From Candidatus Heimdallarchaeota archaeon (GTDB lineage: Archaea; Asgardarchaeota; Heimdallarchaeia; Heimdallarchaeales; Heimdallarchaeaceae): DNA of 10,013 bases. Of this stretch, positions 7,228 through 10,013 are shown piece after piece (position 1 is the stretch's first letter; each line of letters begins with the position of its first letter). The stretch is from NCBI GenBank assembly GCA_030668825.1, contig DAOVET010000096.1:1-10013 (forward strand), in the 5' to 3' direction. The notes under the pieces are model-generated. The model was given only the letters and a program-made list of their open reading frames with translations. It searched no databases and was not told where the DNA came from. Made by a program: the position numbers and the translations under genes.

Positions 7228-8805
7228 TTATTTCATTTCTTGAAAATTTATTTGGGTTCTTTGTAATAATTTTAAGTTAATAAAATATGTTAAACCAGCT
7301 GTTGGATTAATATTCATACTTTTTTGATAACTAGTTTGATACTGAAAAGTTCCTGAATTTATAAGAGTGACACCTTTGTATGCATCGTCTCCCGCAATAT
7401 GGGTATGACCCGTTTGAAAGATATCTGGTACTCTTGAAATAACTAACCGATCCTCTGATTCAGGCGCAATTGGTGTTCTTTTTCCATAAATAGGAACTAA
7501 ATGACGATTTTCCAACATTCTAACCATTGCTGGTATTGAAGTTTCATGTGATATTGCAGGAATTGCTGAATTTATATCTAATATAGAATTTCCATGGTTC
7601 ATCATAATTTCCACATTGTGTGCTTTCAGGTAACAAGGGCTTCCTAAAAGATGAATATTATCAATTCCATAAAAATCAGGGGCGAATTCTCTTAGAATTG
7701 GTGTTTGTGGTTCAGCAGCTCGTGCACCATCATGATTTCCAGGTATGATGATGATTTCTACATCATCACGTACCTGTTCAAAGTAATATGCTGCAGTCTG
7801 ATATTGTAAACGAATATTATCTTGCGCTAGATCTTCTATTTGTCCGGGATAAACACCAACTCCATCAACAACATCACCACCAACTAAAAGATACTTAATT
7901 TTCTTACCAATCTCGTTAAGTTTTTCACTTTCAAGTTCTCCATTAACAAATTTAATAGCACGCAGAAACAATTTTTCAGAGAAATTTTTTGACCCCACAT
8001 GGATATCAGAAATGAAAAATGCATATACGTCATCATAAGCAAAATTTGATTTGTGAAAGGGAATATCTGGCCAAAGGACATCATCTACACTTAATCTATC
8101 CTTCCACCAATTACCAGTAAAACAAAGTACAGAATCTTCGAGTATGAATTCTGATTTAGTTATCAAGTCTTGTTTTGATTTATAAATGATTCCTGTTATA
8201 ATACCTGATGGATCTTCCAAATCAAGAATAACTGTTCCTCCTCTCGTTTTATGTACTTTCGTTACCATCGCAATTAGTGAAATCTTATCTCGATTGCGGT
8301 TGGGGATTAAGTCGTTTGTGGTAACTCTATTAGTTATATCTCTTCGTTTTGAAAATAAATTATTAATTAATTGAAATCGGCTCTTAAAGTAGTTTCGAAA
8401 ATTTGCAGAAGACGCAACAGATTTCTGTATTTCTGGAGAAAAAATGATTTCCAAATCTGAAGATATTTTTTCCCTTCTTGATTTAGTTTCTACCTTAATT
8501 TCTGATTTCACTTCTTCTTCCTTTGTTTCTTTCTTTTCTTGAACTGGTTGTATTTCTTGTTCTTGTTTTTTAGTTTCTTCCTTTTTCGGGAGAGATTTTT
8601 CCAAAATCTCCTCCTTCTTAATTATATCTTTATTAAGAAATTCATCAATGTCCGCAATAGAAAGAATAGCTTTGTTTAGGTTTGAATCAAGAATCTTGTC
8701 AATAACATTCTCTACTTCTTGCAAACTATTTAGATAATCATAGGCCTCTGGAGTCAGTTGGTAACCTTCAGCATATAATTCTCTGATTTTTCTAGGTGGA
8801 GTCAT
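7228..8805 (-). CDS. polB: DNA polymerase II (PolD) small subunit DP1, 3'-5' proofreading exonuclease
   Basis: N-terminal helical domain (GYQLTPEAY), E/K-rich linker, OB fold (LEDPSG) and calcineurin-like phosphoesterase motifs SDIHVGS, GDVVDGVGVYPGQ, PGNHD, HG, RHLVP and GHTH. The start is either ATG 8805 or TTG 8811. Confidence 0.96.
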   Translation of the reverse strand: MTPPRKIRELYAEGYQLTPEAYDYLNSLQEVENVIDKILDSNLNKAILSIADIDEFLNKDIIKKEEILEKSLPKKEETKKQEQEIQPVQEKKETKEEEVKSEIKVETKSRREKISSDLEIIFSPEIQKSVASSANFRNYFKSRFQLINNLFSKRRDITNRVTTNDLIPNRNRDKISLIAMVTKVHKTRGGTVILDLEDPSGIITGIIYKSKQDLITKSEFILEDSVLCFTGNWWKDRLSVDDVLWPDIPFHKSNFAYDDVYAFFISDIHVGSKNFSEKLFLRAIKFVNGELESEKLNEIGKKIKYLLVGGDVVDGVGVYPGQIEDLAQDNIRLQYQTAAYYFEQVRDDVEIIIIPGNHDGARAAEPQTPILREFAPDFYGIDNIHLLGSPCYLKAHNVEIMMNHGNSILDINSAIPAISHETSIPAMVRMLENRHLVPIYGKRTPIAPESEDRLVISRVPDIFQTGHTHIAGDDAYKGVTLINSGTFQYQTSYQKSMNINPTAGLTYFINLKLLQRTQINFQEMK

Positions 8806-8821
8806 GAACAAACACTTTAGA

Positions 8822-8844
8822 TTTCATGAAAACATAAATGTTTT
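8822..8844. repeat. Two overlapping palindromes upstream of DP1
   Basis: TTTCATGAAA (8822-8831, perfect) and AAAACAT-AA-ATGTTTT (8829-8844). The second contains a TTTATG TATA-like box on the - strand. Confidence 0.45.
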
Positions 8845-8858
8845 GTAGAGAAAATAGA

Positions 8859-8935
8859 TGGCGACCCCGACGCGATTCGAACGCGCGACCCCCAACTTAG
8901 AAGGCTGGTGCTCTATCCAGCTGAGCTACGGGGTC
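8859..8935 (-). tRNA. tRNA-Arg (anticodon TCT), intronless, CCA encoded
   Basis: The - strand folds as GACCCCG TA GCTC AGCTGGATA GAGC A CCAGC CTTCTAA GTTGG GGGTC GCGCG TTCGAAT CGCGT CGGGGTC G CCA. It has a 7-bp acceptor stem, the A20 Arg identity base, G73 and a length of 77 nt. Confidence 0.97.
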
Positions 8936-8966
8936 ATCAGTGTTATCTTTCTTTGAAATTATTGAT

Positions 8967-8981
8967 ATCTTAAATTTTTTG
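8967..8981 (-). promoter_or_regulatory. Putative BRE/TATA promoter of tRNA-Arg
   Basis: The - strand reads CAAAAAA-TTTAAGAT, with the TATA 32-39 nt upstream of the mature tRNA 5' end. Confidence 0.55.
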
Positions 8982-9105
8982 TTGGTTGGTTTCCTTTGTC
9001 AATTATTAACATTGATTTAAATTCTTTTACATTGTTAATGATTTAGAGGAGAAGTATCCGATAAAAAATAATATATATCTCTATTTTAAAATGCACTTGA
9101 TTATT

Positions 9106-9291
9106 ATGAGCAGAAGTTCTCGAGGAGGACAGAAGAAAAAGAGAGATACAAGTCCAATGCCTGCAACAGGTGCAGGTTTAATGAGATATTACGATGAAGA
9201 TTTACCAGGTGTAAAAATTGGTCCTTGGTACGTTGTTGCTTTCTGCCTTATCCTAATCGTTGCTGTACTTGTTGGTAATATCGTCTATTGA
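9106..9291 (+). CDS. secG: Preprotein translocase subunit Sec61beta (archaeal SecG/Sec-beta)
   Basis: Basic disordered N-terminus, then the GAGLMRYYDEDLPGVKIGP signature and a single C-terminal TM helix. ATG 9106 is preferred over 9091 because AAAAAATAATATATAT (BRE/TATA-like) lies about 30 nt upstream. Confidence 0.93.
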   Translation: MSRSSRGGQKKKRDTSPMPATGAGLMRYYDEDLPGVKIGPWYVVAFCLILIVAVLVGNIVY

Positions 9292-9316
9292 TTATATTGT
9301 TTTGTCAGAAAGGGGT

Positions 9317-9610
9317 GTGAACATCATTCTCTATTTTCAAGAATTAATGAAAAAACTATATTTGGATAAAGATCTCAAACGAGGTTTGGAGAAAACTGTT
9401 TTGAAACTTGTAGAAGAAGTAGGTGAGCTCGCGGAAGCTATACTACTACAAGATAAGGAAAAAATAACTGAAGAAATTGTTGATATCATAGCATGGACTT
9501 TGAGTGTAGCTAACATCGCAGGAATAAACGTTGAGGGAGGTTTTATACATAAATACTCCAACTCTTGTCCTAAATGTAAAAATAGCCCTTGTAATTGTGA
9601 TTCAATATAA
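9317..9610 (+). CDS. MazG-like (all-alpha) nucleoside triphosphate pyrophosphohydrolase with C-terminal Cys cluster
   Basis: FQELMKKLY..KD..RG, LVEEVGELAEA, EEIVDIIAW..SVAN and KY...CPKCKNSPCNC. The start is uncertain (GTG 9317, ATT 9326 or ATG 9347). The track's 9260 start overlaps Sec61beta and is unlikely. Confidence 0.88.
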   Translation: MNIILYFQELMKKLYLDKDLKRGLEKTVLKLVEEVGELAEAILLQDKEKITEEIVDIIAWTLSVANIAGINVEGGFIHKYSNSCPKCKNSPCNCDSI

Positions 9611-9715
9611 CTACTTTTTCATTAAATTTAGCAACAGGATATTGTTGTAATATTCGCATAACATCTGAGCTAGTCCCAAAATTTTTGTTGTTTTTTTAAT
9701 ATAAAGACAAAGAAA

Positions 9716-9955
9716 ATGTATGAAATGAAAGAGATAGTACTCTACACTACTGAAGATTGTCCATACTGTAATATCGCAGAGAACATATTAAAGAATGTTC
9801 TAAAAGAGTATGGAGGATTATTTAACTACAAGAGCGTAGAAATAAAGACAGAAAATCGATTTAATGTATCCTCACTTCCTACAATATTTGTAGGGAAAAC
9901 TAAAATCGAGGGATTACCAGAAAAGGAACAAATTCATACAGCACTTTTTTCTTGA
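9716..9955 (+). CDS. Small thioredoxin/glutaredoxin-like protein
   Basis: IVLYTTEDCPYC active site, cis-Pro motif VSSLPTIFV and the GLP motif. The start is ATG 9716 or 9725. Confidence 0.88.
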   Translation: MYEMKEIVLYTTEDCPYCNIAENILKNVLKEYGGLFNYKSVEIKTENRFNVSSLPTIFVGKTKIEGLPEKEQIHTALFS

Positions 9956-9956
9956 A

Positions 9957-9986
9957 AATAAATCACATGTAAATAATTCACATGTA
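9957..9986 (+). repeat. 15-bp tandem direct repeat (2 copies, 1 mismatch) with palindromic ACATGT core
   Basis: AATAAATCACATGTA (9957-9971) followed by AATAATTCACATGTA (9972-9986). Confidence 0.65.
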
Positions 9987-10013
9987 TTAAAAAATAACTA
10001 TAATTTCTAATTA

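Noticed and set aside
7884-8374. 66-aa (-) and 62-aa (+) ORFs inside DP1
   Set aside because: They are alternative-frame or antisense ORFs within a conserved gene, with no independent signals.
8859-8935. tRNA-Arg as an integration site or intron-containing tRNA
   Set aside because: I saw no duplicated 3' end, integrase or foreign genes, and the cloverleaf is complete without an intron.
9005-9039. ATTAACA...TGTTAAT inverted repeat between the tRNA and sec61beta
   Set aside because: The arms are 7 bp and almost all A/T in AT-rich DNA, which is expected by chance.
9337-9561. 74-aa minus-strand ORF
   Set aside because: It is the antisense shadow of the MazG-like gene.
9631-9648. GCAACA-GGATAT-TGTTGT hairpin as an ncRNA or SECIS element
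   Set aside because: The stem is short and weak, and there are no SECIS core motifs or in-frame UGA gene to serve.
9716-9961. Selenocysteine read-through of the thioredoxin TGA
   Set aside because: The active site is an ordinary CPYC, and the TGA is followed by AAA TAA with the fold already complete.
1-10013. CRISPR array, IS element, provirus or defence system
   Set aside because: There are no regularly spaced repeats, transposase or integrase motifs, or unexplained long ORFs. Nearly all bases are accounted for by core genes.

Overview
AT-rich archaeal chromosomal DNA made almost entirely of core housekeeping genes. The source is most likely an Asgard archaeon, inferred from a roadblock/LC7 gene, a strongly STT3-like AglB and a eukaryote-like Sec61beta. 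In order: the 3' end of rpl31e with a long acidic tail, then eIF6, rpl18a/LX, prefoldin alpha and ftsY on the + strand (a conserved archaeal operon). A stand-alone EF-1alpha and an AglB/STT3 oligosaccharyltransferase follow on the - strand. Next come a divergent roadblock/LC7 gene (+), the DNA polymerase D small subunit DP1 (-) and tRNA-Arg(UCU) (-). The window ends with Sec61beta, a MazG-like pyrophosphatase and a CPYC thioredoxin/glutaredoxin (+). I found no mobile element, CRISPR array or defence system, and I cannot support a claim of a new biological system. The points worth a second look are: co-location of targeting, translocon and N-glycosylation genes; eukaryote-type motifs in AglB; the acidic eL31 tail; forced non-AUG starts; unusual FtsY G-motifs; an EF-1alpha outside its usual operon with a shortened loop; and several intergenic inverted or tandem repeats. 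All family assignments come from motif recognition by eye, not from database searches.
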